Virus record (IMG/VR): IMGVR_UViG_3300021959_000047
Span: 1 to 56,562 of that record
DNA from: a virus
Lineage: Duplodnaviria; Caudoviricetes
Length of the DNA stretch: 56,562 nt
Reading direction: 5' to 3' (one strand)
Under the pieces are notes generated by a model, which was given only the letters and a program-made list of their open reading frames with translations, was not told the DNA's origin and did not search any database. This document shows positions 1 to 8,866 of the stretch, in pieces. The stretch's first letter is position 1. Each line of letters begins with the position of its first letter. A program made the position numbers and the translations under genes.

Positions 1-154
1 AACACTTTCAAGTGCAGCCATGTCAACAGTGAACCCACGTTGGTATATCTTTGCGAGGTGTACAGCCAACTGATTGGTTAAGTTGACCGTTGCTGCCAGT
101 GAACTGCATTCCTCGTATGATGTCTGCAAACGAAGGTACAGTTGCTGAGTAGCA
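1..154. repeat. Terminal overlap, copy 1 (circularity signature)
   Basis: Matches 56409-56562 except at positions 1 and 28, both synonymous third-codon positions in the polymerase frame. Confidence 0.97.
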
Positions 155-630
155 TGTAAGTCGTGGGAGAGGTACTCTGACAACTCTGCGTGAGGAATGT
201 CACGTACAGAGTAGCCCTGCTTGAAGTACTCCTTCAAGGTGTCCTGCTTCTTTGTGTCAAGGTTGTACCGTTCAGCACAAGCCTCAAGAGACAGGGGTTC
301 CTTCTGCCCACGTTGCAGCACGTACTCACCTAACATGGTATCAAAGATTGCACCTTCGTAGGTGAACCCCGACTCCCACAACCATATCAAGTCGTGTGCT
401 GCGTTGTGCATAATTAGAAGGGCGGTTTCATCCAAGTTCTTCTGGACAATGTACCGCCCCTCTGGTGTGGGTTGATGCTCAGAGTGATCAAAAGTAATAA
501 TGCTTTCGTTTCCAAGATCATCTAGCATACCCACTTGTACTAAGGTATTCTCAGGTTCAAACGGATCAAGGTGTAGCTTGCCGTTGCGTTTCACCACAGT
601 GTTTTCTACGTCAAGAGTGAGGTGTTTCAT
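1..630 (-). CDS. polA: DNA polymerase family A, N-terminal 3'-5' exonuclease part (continues across the junction at 56408)
   Basis: Translated by hand from ATG 630: MKHLTLDVENT (ExoI), MHNAAHDL (ExoII), FDTML, EYLSHDL (ExoIII); in frame with the 54987..56537 ORF via the overlap; full length about 683 aa. Confidence 0.93.
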   Translation of the reverse strand, partial: MKHLTLDVENTVVKRNGKLHLDPFEPENTLVQVGMLDDLGNESIITFDHSEHQPTPEGRYIVQKNLDETALLIMHNAAHDLIWLWESGFTYEGAIFDTMLGEYVLQRGQKEPLSLEACAERYNLDTKKQDTLKEYFKQGYSVRDIPHAELSEYLSHDLHATQQLYLRLQTSYEECSSLAATVNLTNQLAVHLAKIYQRGFTVDMAALESV

Positions 631-634
631 GGTG

Positions 635-889
635 TTACATATCTCCTTCGTGCCAATAATCCCAATCATCAAATACCTCATTGCCATATAGCTTGTCAAG
701 GTTATTGTTGAACTCTTTATCATTGGCATAGTTTTTCATTGCTTCCAATGCCTCAGTCAGTGTCAGGTTCTGACGTTTCATCTCTGCAACTAGGGATATG
801 GCATCACTTTCATCTATGTTCATGTTATGTAACTCCTTTTCTCTGGCACGATTTCTTTCTTCATGTGTCATTGGACGTATTTTCGTCAT
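635..889 (-). CDS. Hypothetical protein, 84 aa
   Basis: ORF packed in the minus-strand operon between neighbours. Confidence 0.7.
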   Translation of the reverse strand: MTKIRPMTHEERNRAREKELHNMNIDESDAISLVAEMKRQNLTLTEALEAMKNYANDKEFNNNLDKLYGNEVFDDWDYWHEGDM

Positions 890-1130
890 CGTTTACTCCA
901 AACTCATACTCTGTTAGTTCATCTTTCTCATACTTGATGTGATCCTCAATGAAGTCATACACTAATTGCATGTCCATCTTAGCTGCGGCACAATACAGTA
1001 CCAACTTCAAGCCTTCCTCTGCCAGTAATTTACGGGCATGTTCATCCATCTGTACAGTGTATGTTGCACTACCATCCTCATTTTCTTTTACTGTTTCAAC
1101 GCCCAGTATTCCTGCGTCTTTATCCATCAT
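861..1130 (-). CDS. Hypothetical protein, about 89 aa
   Basis: ATGA overlap with the thyX stop and an upstream GGAGG. Confidence 0.7.
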   Translation of the reverse strand: MMDKDAGILGVETVKENEDGSATYTVQMDEHARKLLAEEGLKLVLYCAAAKMDMQLVYDFIEDHIKYEKDELTEYEFGVNDDENTSNDT

Positions 1131-1855
1131 TCTTCCTCCAAACAAAATCCACAGAAGTCACCCTTAGATGGGTTGCCACATGACACACATGTTCTCCATG
1201 AGCCCTTCATCAGTGCTTTCCAACTCTCTGGGTACAGCTTCTCCATGTATTCATCTATCTGCATTGCCACCTCACGTGTCTCTTGCTGCGTGTCCTGTTG
1301 CATACGTAGCCCACACATCTTGGCGAATGCAAACACAGTACCAGACCAGTACCACTCTGTCATCATAGACTGTGGCAGTACCATACGTGCTTGCTCTGGT
1401 GACACCCCCTTGGCTAACAGGTAGTTGTAATTCTGCCGACAGTCCTCAACCATATTACGTGCAACTGAGGGACGTATATCATTTATCTCACCCTCACTGC
1501 CCTGCTTCTTGTCTTCACTACGTCCACGCCACACATCAGGCTGATAGAACTCTGGTTCATCGTCCACATATCTACGACTGATCTCGTTCCACGGCATGTA
1601 CTCGTGCTTCACAAGCTGACGTGCCACAAAGATCGGTGCCTTAACGTGAAACGTGGCAAACGTGTGGTTGAATGGTGACTTATGATTATGCTTGGCAAGG
1701 TAACGTATCAGCTTGGCATCCTTACCTTTCAGGATATTTGGCTCACCAGTATAGATGCGTTGATGCCATTCTGATTTCTTACCAAAGCTGACACGTGCAG
1801 CATTCACTACTGATAGATCACTACCCATGTGATCAATATACGTTACTTCAATCAT
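1127..1855 (-). CDS. thyX: FAD-dependent thymidylate synthase ThyX with a C-terminal Cys4 tail
   Basis: MGSDLSVVNAARVSF, HKSPF, APIFVARQLVKH..WNEISRRY, EQARMVLPQ, QQETR motifs. Confidence 0.93.
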   Translation of the reverse strand: MIEVTYIDHMGSDLSVVNAARVSFGKKSEWHQRIYTGEPNILKGKDAKLIRYLAKHNHKSPFNHTFATFHVKAPIFVARQLVKHEYMPWNEISRRYVDDEPEFYQPDVWRGRSEDKKQGSEGEINDIRPSVARNMVEDCRQNYNYLLAKGVSPEQARMVLPQSMMTEWYWSGTVFAFAKMCGLRMQQDTQQETREVAMQIDEYMEKLYPESWKALMKGSWRTCVSCGNPSKGDFCGFCLEEE

Positions 1856-3075
1856 ACCTGATACCTCGCAGTTTTATATTCCAGATCGCAGTGAACAACC
1901 CCGTGCCATCCACTTAGTTTATTCTTCACAACATTCAAGTGACGTTGTGTGTCCTCTTCCTCTTGCCCATCAACCACAGGGTTCTTGGCAATCAATACCA
2001 TAAGGTCAGCCTCCGCTGCCTTACCTGTACGTGAACCTTCCATCATGCTCTGGTTCAACAACACCTTACCCTCTGCATCAGCAGATAACTGAGACATGTA
2101 AAAGATTGCACAGTTGTGTGCCTTGGCAATCTGACGGGCATAGATCGCATTAGCTTTCAATGCTTCGTCGGGACGAGCATACCCACCTGCCTTGGCAAAC
2201 TTGTCACCCATGTCAAGGATAACGATGTCAGGTTTGTATGACTTACATACTGACTCCACCCATGACATGTCACGGTCACTGGCATCCTTGATCTTGATGT
2301 TGTCCTTGACCACAGAGTACAGATCACGAGCACGGGCAGGGTTATCCTTCACCTCTTGCATTGTCATGCCTGTAGCTGCAGTCAAGTACCGTGCACCAAC
2401 ACGGTGTGATGCTTCCTCGTTACACAGGATCACACACTTGGCACCCTGATGTGCAAACCCATTGGGTGCTGCAATCAATGATGCATGGAATGATGTCTTG
2501 CCTGTGTTAGGACGGGCACCTACTTCAATCAAGTGACCTGCATTCACACCCTCTACCTTACGTGTCAGAGTAGGGATGTTGAATGTCCACTGCGATTCCA
2601 GATCATTCTTTTCAAGCAGTGTGTCAATGTCAATGTCATCCCACTCAATACGTAGATCAGGTGTGAAGTCATCTGAATAACGTTCAAGTATGTCACGCAA
2701 TGGTTCAAGGCTACCCTTGGTGCCATTCACGTAATCGAATCCAAGGTTGGCTACATCCTCACCCACTACCTGTTGGAACAGCTTAGACAACACTTCTTGT
2801 GCTACGTCACTACCCATTGGTGACTCTTTCTTGATCTGATGAAACAGAGAACTGTAAGCTGATTTCTGTGCCGTTGTGAGGGTTGGATTGTTTGACATAA
2901 ACAATGCCTCAATCTCGTCAGGTGTTACGGTACGTTCGTAACGATCCATAGCTTTGTCGATTGACTGCTTGATCTTACGTACATCTTTACTGAACAGACG
3001 ATCAGGACACTTTGCTCCACGGTGGTCATCGTAGAACTCTTTGTCCATCAAGCTGCGTACAAGTGATAATTCCAT
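1852..3075 (-). CDS. Replicative DnaB-like (SF4) helicase
   Basis: Walker A GARPNTGKTS, Walker B IVILD, MSQL, GKAAEADL, VVKNK motifs; adjacent to primase. Confidence 0.9.
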   Translation of the reverse strand: MELSLVRSLMDKEFYDDHRGAKCPDRLFSKDVRKIKQSIDKAMDRYERTVTPDEIEALFMSNNPTLTTAQKSAYSSLFHQIKKESPMGSDVAQEVLSKLFQQVVGEDVANLGFDYVNGTKGSLEPLRDILERYSDDFTPDLRIEWDDIDIDTLLEKNDLESQWTFNIPTLTRKVEGVNAGHLIEVGARPNTGKTSFHASLIAAPNGFAHQGAKCVILCNEEASHRVGARYLTAATGMTMQEVKDNPARARDLYSVVKDNIKIKDASDRDMSWVESVCKSYKPDIVILDMGDKFAKAGGYARPDEALKANAIYARQIAKAHNCAIFYMSQLSADAEGKVLLNQSMMEGSRTGKAAEADLMVLIAKNPVVDGQEEEDTQRHLNVVKNKLSGWHGVVHCDLEYKTARYQV

Positions 3076-3869
3076 TATGTTTCTCCTAAGTGTTGTAAGT
3101 TTTCTAAGTCGGTAGGGTTACGATACTTCAGGTCATCTGTCAGACGCAAGACTTTTACATCCTCAACATAACCTCTTAATTCTTTTGCGAACTGCAACGT
3201 CTTTGGTAGGGCATCGGGGTCAAGTGCAATTACAACCGTTGTGAACCGTGACAAGTACTGCTTATGTGCCTCAGAGAGTGAGGTGCCCAACACTGCTACC
3301 CCGACATACACCTCACCCTCTGAGCATCCAGAACCGCCTGTCGCACCCACAATGGCTGCACTCACACAGTCCTCAACGACTACTGCAGTTTTACCATACC
3401 CGTAGACATACGGCAAGGGGTTTTTTCCATATCTTTTCCACTTCGGTAATTTTTTCCCTAGTGCTCTGCCTGTGGCATCCACCATGATATTGTTGTGTAC
3501 CACAGGAAATACCACACGGTCTTCACGAACATCATACAACAACCCAAGGTTAGATGGGTGTAACTCCCATTCACTACAAAAGTTTTGTATCATGCTGTAG
3601 TCTTTAACTATCCACTCAGGTTTCTGAAATGTGACTGCCTCTGTTTCTTCAGCCACAGTACCAAGTGACTTACGAATGTCATCACTGGTCAGATGTACAC
3701 GTGTGCCACCAGACACACGGCACCCTGCCTTGTAACAATTCCACATAAGTTGACCCATGTTATTGGTGGCTGTAAATGTTTTTACTCCCCCACATACTGG
3801 GCAGTTAGTACGTTTAGTCTCACCATTAACTAAGTCCATATCACTTATGTGTTCTTTTATATTAATCAT
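3075..3869 (-). CDS. DNA primase (zinc-binding domain plus TOPRIM)
   Basis: CPVC...CYKAGC zinc site, RVVFP, GRAL, VVVED, ALDPDA TOPRIM motif; start moved to ATG 3869. Confidence 0.88.
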   Translation of the reverse strand: MINIKEHISDMDLVNGETKRTNCPVCGGVKTFTATNNMGQLMWNCYKAGCRVSGGTRVHLTSDDIRKSLGTVAEETEAVTFQKPEWIVKDYSMIQNFCSEWELHPSNLGLLYDVREDRVVFPVVHNNIMVDATGRALGKKLPKWKRYGKNPLPYVYGYGKTAVVVEDCVSAAIVGATGGSGCSEGEVYVGVAVLGTSLSEAHKQYLSRFTTVVIALDPDALPKTLQFAKELRGYVEDVKVLRLTDDLKYRNPTDLENLQHLGET

Positions 3870-4989
3870 GTATATCACTTTCATTGTTACTCGTTACACT
3901 CGATTGTACTGACATGTCACGCAGTGTCAAGGCATTATTTGCACTATCAAATGTATGCTTCATGTATGGTTTCACAGATGCAACATGTGTATGCCCTGTA
4001 ACCGCCATGATTTGTGGCAATGGCACACCCTTGTCTACCATTTGTGTCACTCCAGTTCTACGTAAGTCCATAAGACGTAGCTCTTCGGATAGCTTTGCTA
4101 ACCGCATGACCTTGCGTCCAACCTTGGACAGTCTCTCCATTGCATAGGGTTGGAACCTACCATTGCGTGGTTGTGGGTGTGGTGCAACCCACTCTTGAAA
4201 ACCGAAGTCACTCTTCTGCTCTAACAACATGGCACACAGGTTGTCACTGATAGGCAGGAACACTTCCGACCTACGTTTACTCTGCTCCAGATACAGTTGC
4301 TGCTTCTTCAAGTCCAGATTATCCCAATGCAACATGCGCATATCACCAAGACGCTGACACCATTCATACGCCATGTGTACGATAAGTCCAATGTTACGAT
4401 ATTCAAAATCAGAATAAGCAACATCAAGAAATTTGACGACATCTCTGTGCTCCCATACTTTTTTCCTTTGCTTTTGTTGCTTTCGTTTTATCTTTGCAAA
4501 CGGGTTCTGTTCTGCATGCTCCATTTGTATGGCGTAGTTGTACACCCTACTGGCACACGTTGCCGCATGGTTTGCAAAACTTATACCACGTTCCACCCAT
4601 TTCTCATATGCTTGCTTTGCAACTTTAGGTGTAACATCTTTATACTTACGGCACCCAATTGTCTGGTGCACAATGGTTAAGAAGTACCTGTAATCTACTT
4701 TAGTTGAGTCACGCAACATATTGAAATCATTGGATTGATAGTAAAAGTTGATCAAGTCTGTGACCTTGCTGCTGGGTTTCAAGTTCACAACTTTAGCTTG
4801 TTCTTCACGGTACGTGTCTATGTCCTTGTTGTACTCACGTGCAATCTGTCTTGCAACTTTTGGATCACTCCCCAGTTCTTCACGGTCTACTACTCCTGCA
4901 TTCACCAGTGTCTGCGGTGGATTGAAACGATAAGAGATGTCACCCGAAGGTGACACTCGCTGTTGTACGTAACGTGGTAAGGTTCTCAA
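3862..4989 (-). CDS. int: Tyrosine recombinase/integrase
   Basis: Catalytic pattern WCQRLGD (R), QSKR (K), DLRRTG, TGH, KPY; NPF motif; TTG start. Confidence 0.88.
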   Translation of the reverse strand: MRTLPRYVQQRVSPSGDISYRFNPPQTLVNAGVVDREELGSDPKVARQIAREYNKDIDTYREEQAKVVNLKPSSKVTDLINFYYQSNDFNMLRDSTKVDYRYFLTIVHQTIGCRKYKDVTPKVAKQAYEKWVERGISFANHAATCASRVYNYAIQMEHAEQNPFAKIKRKQQKQRKKVWEHRDVVKFLDVAYSDFEYRNIGLIVHMAYEWCQRLGDMRMLHWDNLDLKKQQLYLEQSKRRSEVFLPISDNLCAMLLEQKSDFGFQEWVAPHPQPRNGRFQPYAMERLSKVGRKVMRLAKLSEELRLMDLRRTGVTQMVDKGVPLPQIMAVTGHTHVASVKPYMKHTFDSANNALTLRDMSVQSSVTSNNESDIHD

Positions 4990-5820
4990 TTATGCTGCCT
5001 CCAATTCAATGAAACGTTTGTCTGATACCCACTTGGATACCTCTTGCTCACGTGACCACATGCTGATGGCCTGTGTGTCGTTGCCTGTGTTACGCAGGTT
5101 AAACCCGTTACGTTCATCAGCATACGATGCATAGTTAGTGAACGCAGAATACAGTGCCCACTTGTTATGTCCACGTGTCGCTGCCTCTTGCAGGTACAGC
5201 ATGTACATTTTTTCTGCCTTACGATCTGATGAAATCATTTCGTCAAGCAGTGACTTGATGTCCACATACTTTGTGGATGTCTGTGCCCACACTTGCATCT
5301 TACCTGCCTCAGTGTAGAAGTCAGTACGAGCACGAGCCAGTTCATATATGAAACTCTCCATAGAGAAGTTTGCAGTGTTCTTCTTACGGATTTTATCATA
5401 CTCTCCACGAATACATCCGTTGGTGCAGAAGAAATCAATAGCACCGAAGTACACTTGGTTGCTGCATGAACCGTCAATACCATGTAATGATATGATACGA
5501 TTACCGATTTGTGTTTGGTGCTTCTCAGTTGTGATATCCACCTGCATGTCAGGCAGTTCAATGTCAAGCATAGACCATGCACCGTTACGTGCAGTCTTCC
5601 AGTTGAACTTAGCATTCATCAGTTCAGATGAAAGCAGTTCATCAGTCACAGTGTCCATGACACCACGATAAAAGTCACCGTGGGATGCACACTTGAATGA
5701 CTTACCGACGATACCAAGGTACTCACCAGTGTCTGCGTTAATGACGTACTTCTTATCATTAACCTTGGTAGGTTCAAATGCTACGTCGAAGTCTAAGTAA
5801 GTTGGAATATCAAATGGCAT
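4990..5820 (-). CDS. DUF932-like phage/plasmid protein
   Basis: YLGIVGKSF, SLHGIDGS, FFCTNG and NKWALYSAFTNYASY patterns typical of DUF932. Confidence 0.75.
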   Translation of the reverse strand: MPFDIPTYLDFDVAFEPTKVNDKKYVINADTGEYLGIVGKSFKCASHGDFYRGVMDTVTDELLSSELMNAKFNWKTARNGAWSMLDIELPDMQVDITTEKHQTQIGNRIISLHGIDGSCSNQVYFGAIDFFCTNGCIRGEYDKIRKKNTANFSMESFIYELARARTDFYTEAGKMQVWAQTSTKYVDIKSLLDEMISSDRKAEKMYMLYLQEAATRGHNKWALYSAFTNYASYADERNGFNLRNTGNDTQAISMWSREQEVSKWVSDKRFIELEAA

Positions 5821-5850
5821 AGTAGCCTCCTTTCAGTTGTTTACTTGGCA

Positions 5851-5879
5851 ACTGTACACTATTCATATAAGTAGTGCAA
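5851..5879 (-). promoter_or_regulatory. Sigma70-like promoter for the DUF932-integrase-replication operon
   Basis: TTGCAC-N17-TACAGT on the minus strand, followed by an AGGAGG RBS before ATG 5820. Confidence 0.6.
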
Positions 5880-5882
5880 CAG

Positions 5883-6275
5883 TTATTTATAAAAGATGTG
5901 TGCCCCGTGGGTCACAGTTTGTGTGTAGTGTTTGCGCCACCACGGTCTAACATAATTAGCATGGTAATGTGTCGCACCATCAGTGTTATCCTTGTGAAAC
6001 CCATGTATCACATTGTGTGCAACCACTCTGGCATACAGCCATTGTGTTTCGTTTTTAGGTACATCAGATTTACCATCACAGTACCAACTAAACTGACACT
6101 TGTGTTTGCCACGATGAAATCCCTGATACACTACCTTGCAAGCATCGTCAGGGAAAGCATCGTTTGCCACACGATTGAGCACCACATGTGCTACTGCATA
6201 CTTCCCTGCCATAGGTTCACTACGTGCCTCGTGATATATGTTGAGTGCGATACATGTCAGTGCTGCTTCAAGCAT
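5883..6275 (-). CDS. SleB-like cell wall hydrolase (Hydrolase_2)
   Basis: CIALNIYHEARSE, AVAHVVLNRV, CQFSWYCDGK, GATHYHA, HIFY; start ATG 6275 chosen by RBS spacing. Confidence 0.9.
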   Translation of the reverse strand: MLEAALTCIALNIYHEARSEPMAGKYAVAHVVLNRVANDAFPDDACKVVYQGFHRGKHKCQFSWYCDGKSDVPKNETQWLYARVVAHNVIHGFHKDNTDGATHYHANYVRPWWRKHYTQTVTHGAHIFYK

Positions 6276-6783
6276 ATACATTCTCCCATTGCCAATCAAA
6301 CCATGTGGGCTTGTTACGTTTACTCCAGACCATATCAAACCTATGCTGCTTGGTATGATAAAACTTACGGTAACTGTCTACAGGCCAGTGTTCCCCTGTC
6401 TTCAGGTGTGTATATTCACTGAAGCATTCAGGGTGTGGTGTTCTCTCACCACTAGGCACATATCGTGCACCGTCATATAGTGCTTCAGCAAAACGTTCTG
6501 ATGCATGGTGCCTACCGTATCGGTGAGTATACTCCATGCACATGGCTTCCCATAGGCAGTAAGCAAACATGTAGTTGGCACGTGTCTTACCTGCCCACAG
6601 TGTGCATGGGTGCTTGGCATGTGCTACACGGTACAGTTCATGCTCATCGGCATACTCTGGGTTAGCCTGACGCACTACAGTGCATAGCATCTGTGCTTCC
6701 TCCAATGGCATCTTGACCACATGCTTGTCACACAATGCCTGTGCAATCTCTTGCGGTGTATCAGCTATAATGAAACGGTTCAT
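6268..6783 (-). CDS. Pyrimidine-dimer DNA glycosylase / endonuclease V-like protein
   Basis: MNRF...CDKHVVKMPLEEAQML, HPCTLW, EYTHRYGRHH, SYRKFY...W..R..P.W pattern. Confidence 0.7.
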   Translation of the reverse strand: MNRFIIADTPQEIAQALCDKHVVKMPLEEAQMLCTVVRQANPEYADEHELYRVAHAKHPCTLWAGKTRANYMFAYCLWEAMCMEYTHRYGRHHASERFAEALYDGARYVPSGERTPHPECFSEYTHLKTGEHWPVDSYRKFYHTKQHRFDMVWSKRNKPTWFDWQWENVYA

Positions 6784-7019
6784 TACCAATCCTTTCTTGT
6801 TTTCCAGTAGACCCAACATGTGCAGCAATGTTCTTTGCCTAAGCATAGGTCAATTAACCACACGATGTTGGGCAGTTTATCTTTTTTCCATTGCCAGTTT
6901 CTGGCACTGAATGTTTGGTTATTACTCCCACCAAGCACGACATTCGTCAATACACTTAGGGCTATCAGAACTCGGCCTAGGTATCGGCCTATCTGACCAG
7001 TCATCACACGGGTCATCAT
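6783..7019 (-). CDS. Hypothetical membrane-associated protein
   Basis: Hydrophobic VLIALSVLTNVVLGG...TFSAR segment; coupled to both neighbours. Confidence 0.65.
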   Translation of the reverse strand: MMTRVMTGQIGRYLGRVLIALSVLTNVVLGGSNNQTFSARNWQWKKDKLPNIVWLIDLCLGKEHCCTCWVYWKTRKDW

Positions 7020-7360
7020 GCGGCATCGGTTTGTCGCACGATGTTGATGTAGATAAGGTATTCACCTTCAGCATCCTTCACGTTAGAGGTCAGGATCACT
7101 TCGTCACCTGCCTCTGCATATTGCTTCAGCTTCTGTATGCTAATGCGTTTGTCACCACGTTTACCTGTACGATAGAAACGTACATTGACACGTTCACCAT
7201 CGGCATATTCACCAGTGATAGCCAACCTGCCACGTTCCACAAAGAATGGATCGTCATACGATATTTCAAAGTCGTTATCCAGAAACTGCTGCACAGTTTT
7301 GTTGGCATCTATGATGCTCTTGTCTAGCATCGTTTTCGTTAGTTTGATTTTAGCTTCCAT
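7016..7360 (-). CDS. Stand-alone domain resembling the N-terminus of MvaI/BcnI-family restriction endonucleases
   Basis: LTKTMLDKSIIDA ... FYR...RGDKRISI..LKQYAEAGD pattern, recalled rather than searched; RBS present. Confidence 0.5.
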   Translation of the reverse strand: MEAKIKLTKTMLDKSIIDANKTVQQFLDNDFEISYDDPFFVERGRLAITGEYADGERVNVRFYRTGKRGDKRISIQKLKQYAEAGDEVILTSNVKDAEGEYLIYINIVRQTDAA

Positions 7361-7369
7361 GTTTACTCC

Positions 7370-7609
7370 TTACTGTATCATAAATGGTGCTTCATGTATG
7401 AAGTCATACTGTTTGTATTCTTCCATTTCAAATTCGCCACACTCCACAAAGTCAATTTGGTCTGCGTCTGGGTGTTCGTGTGCAGCCAAACGCATGGCAA
7501 ACTCTGTGGCACTGTGCCAATCATTGATTGCGGGGTAAGTGTCATCTAATTGGACAACACTTTCCACCCCGTCTATTTCAACTACGATTTCGTAGCCCAT
7601 TATTTTCAT
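7370..7609 (-). CDS. Small acidic hypothetical protein
   Basis: 79 aa with 19 D/E versus 3 K/R; ATGA coupling. Confidence 0.7.
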   Translation of the reverse strand: MKIMGYEIVVEIDGVESVVQLDDTYPAINDWHSATEFAMRLAAHEHPDADQIDFVECGEFEMEEYKQYDFIHEAPFMIQ

Positions 7610-8013
7610 GCACGTACTCCTTCTGCATATAGGTATGGTCTGTTTCTGTGATCGCCAACGACCATGCTTGGCTGTAGTTGTAGCATAGCACGTTTGGCTG
7701 TACGTACTGGTGTCGTGTCGTACACATCAACGAATGTGTCAAACTTGTATGGGTTGTATGACACAAGTGTGTAGTCCAGATAATCTGGATGATGTTCTGG
7801 ATCAAAGTCGTCAAAGTATGTGATCTCACCACGAACAAATGCATGAACATTCTTCTTGCCCTCACGCAGTACACGTTCACGTCCTGACTTACGGACTACG
7901 AACTGTGGATCACGAATGTGTACCTTGTCAGTGTGTAAGATTACTCTGCCAGTGGAACACTGACGGACAGACCATAGGTATTTGTGTAGGTTAAAGTAAA
8001 CTTCAACTCGCAT
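7606..8013 (-). CDS. Conserved phage protein (YFNLHK ... RERVLREGKKNVHAFV family)
   Basis: Recognisable phage motif; GGAG RBS 8 nt upstream of ATG 8013. Confidence 0.75.
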   Translation of the reverse strand: MRVEVYFNLHKYLWSVRQCSTGRVILHTDKVHIRDPQFVVRKSGRERVLREGKKNVHAFVRGEITYFDDFDPEHHPDYLDYTLVSYNPYKFDTFVDVYDTTPVRTAKRAMLQLQPSMVVGDHRNRPYLYAEGVRA

Positions 8014-8128
8014 AGTCATTACTCCTTTTTTAGACACTGCGTAAAGCCACACAAGGTAGTATCAAGATGGCATGGGAGAAAAGTAAAAAATACCGTTCTT
8101 GTGTAGCTATAGGCAATGTCTGGTGGGG

Positions 8129-8236
8129 TCAACGCCCCACCTTTGCATACTTCATTGCGATACGTTTGTTATGTGTGATGATGACCACACGATCATGATC
8201 ATCATACACAACCCATTTCTTTTTACGCTGCGCCAA
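8129..8236 (-). CDS. Small protein, 35 aa (MAQRKKKWVVYDDHDRVVIITHNKRIAMKYAKVGR)
   Basis: Manual translation, TTG start; fills an operon gap; below the ORF-track cutoff. Confidence 0.5.
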   Translation of the reverse strand: MAQRKKKWVVYDDHDRVVIITHNKRIAMKYAKVGR

Positions 8237-8558
8237 TCTCACTTAGTTTTGCCTCGACTGTTTTCAACTGCATACGCAACTCACGGCGTTGACGTAGCAG
8301 TGCAGTCTTGCCAGTGCGTTTGTCCTTGATGAAGTTAAGTGTTTTCAACACTTGAACACGATACTCAACACGTTCCTGATACTCATTCAAGTCCTGTGCC
8401 ATTTGTTTCATGGATTTAGTTGCCCAATTCTGTACGATGTAATCATCCATCGCAGCATAGTTGTATGTGAAAGGTACACATCTTTTCATGTGGAATGTGT
8501 GCTCTGCATACAATTCAGGGTTGGTTGCTTTAACGATTGGACGGATTGATTTAAACAT
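8223..8558 (-). CDS. Hypothetical protein, possible HTH plus coiled coil
   Basis: SMKQMAQDLNEYQERVEYRV is HTH-like; C-terminal heptad repeat; RBS. Confidence 0.6.
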   Translation of the reverse strand: MFKSIRPIVKATNPELYAEHTFHMKRCVPFTYNYAAMDDYIVQNWATKSMKQMAQDLNEYQERVEYRVQVLKTLNFIKDKRTGKTALLRQRRELRMQLKTVEAKLSEIGAA

Positions 8559-8591
8559 AATATTACTCCTTATACAGGTTACAGGTAGGGT

Positions 8592-8741
8592 TTATTGTGC
8601 AACTTTACGTTGCAGTTGCTTGTTCAAACGGGCAATCTTGCGTTGTCGTTTAACAACATCACTCCGTTTGGATTTCTGTCCAACGTTGGACGGTTTGTTG
8701 GACTTAGAAAACTTAATAAAGTTTTGCATTTCGTAACGCAT
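8592..8741 (-). CDS. Small basic protein, 49 aa (MRYEMQNFIKFSKSNKPSNVGQ...)
   Basis: Manual translation; AGGAG RBS; contains one palindrome copy. Confidence 0.6.
   Translation of the reverse strand: MRYEMQNFIKFSKSNKPSNVGQKSKRSDVVKRQRKIARLNKQLQRKVAQ
8678..8691. repeat. Palindrome GTCCAACGTTGGAC, exact copy
   Basis: Direct reading; inside the 49-aa ORF. Confidence 0.95.
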
Positions 8742-8865
8742 TTTGTTTCTCCTTCTTACTGAGTTTGCGTTTGTTGCCCTTCTTGGGCGGTACGACCTGT
8801 GGACTTTTGCGTTGTTGAAGCAAAGCTTTTGCCACAGGGTTCACAATTCCCACAGGTTTTTTCAT
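8713..8865 (-). CDS. Small basic protein, 50 aa (MKKPVGIVNPVAKALLQQRKSPQVVPPKKG...)
   Basis: Manual translation; GAGG RBS. Confidence 0.65.
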   Translation of the reverse strand: MKKPVGIVNPVAKALLQQRKSPQVVPPKKGNKRKLSKKEKQNALRNAKLY

Positions 8866-8866
8866 A

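Noticed and set aside
8019-8132. Possible 37-aa ORF (MTPPDIAY...) on the minus strand
   Set aside because: TTG start inside a GC hairpin (8123-8140) and no recognisable motif; insufficient support
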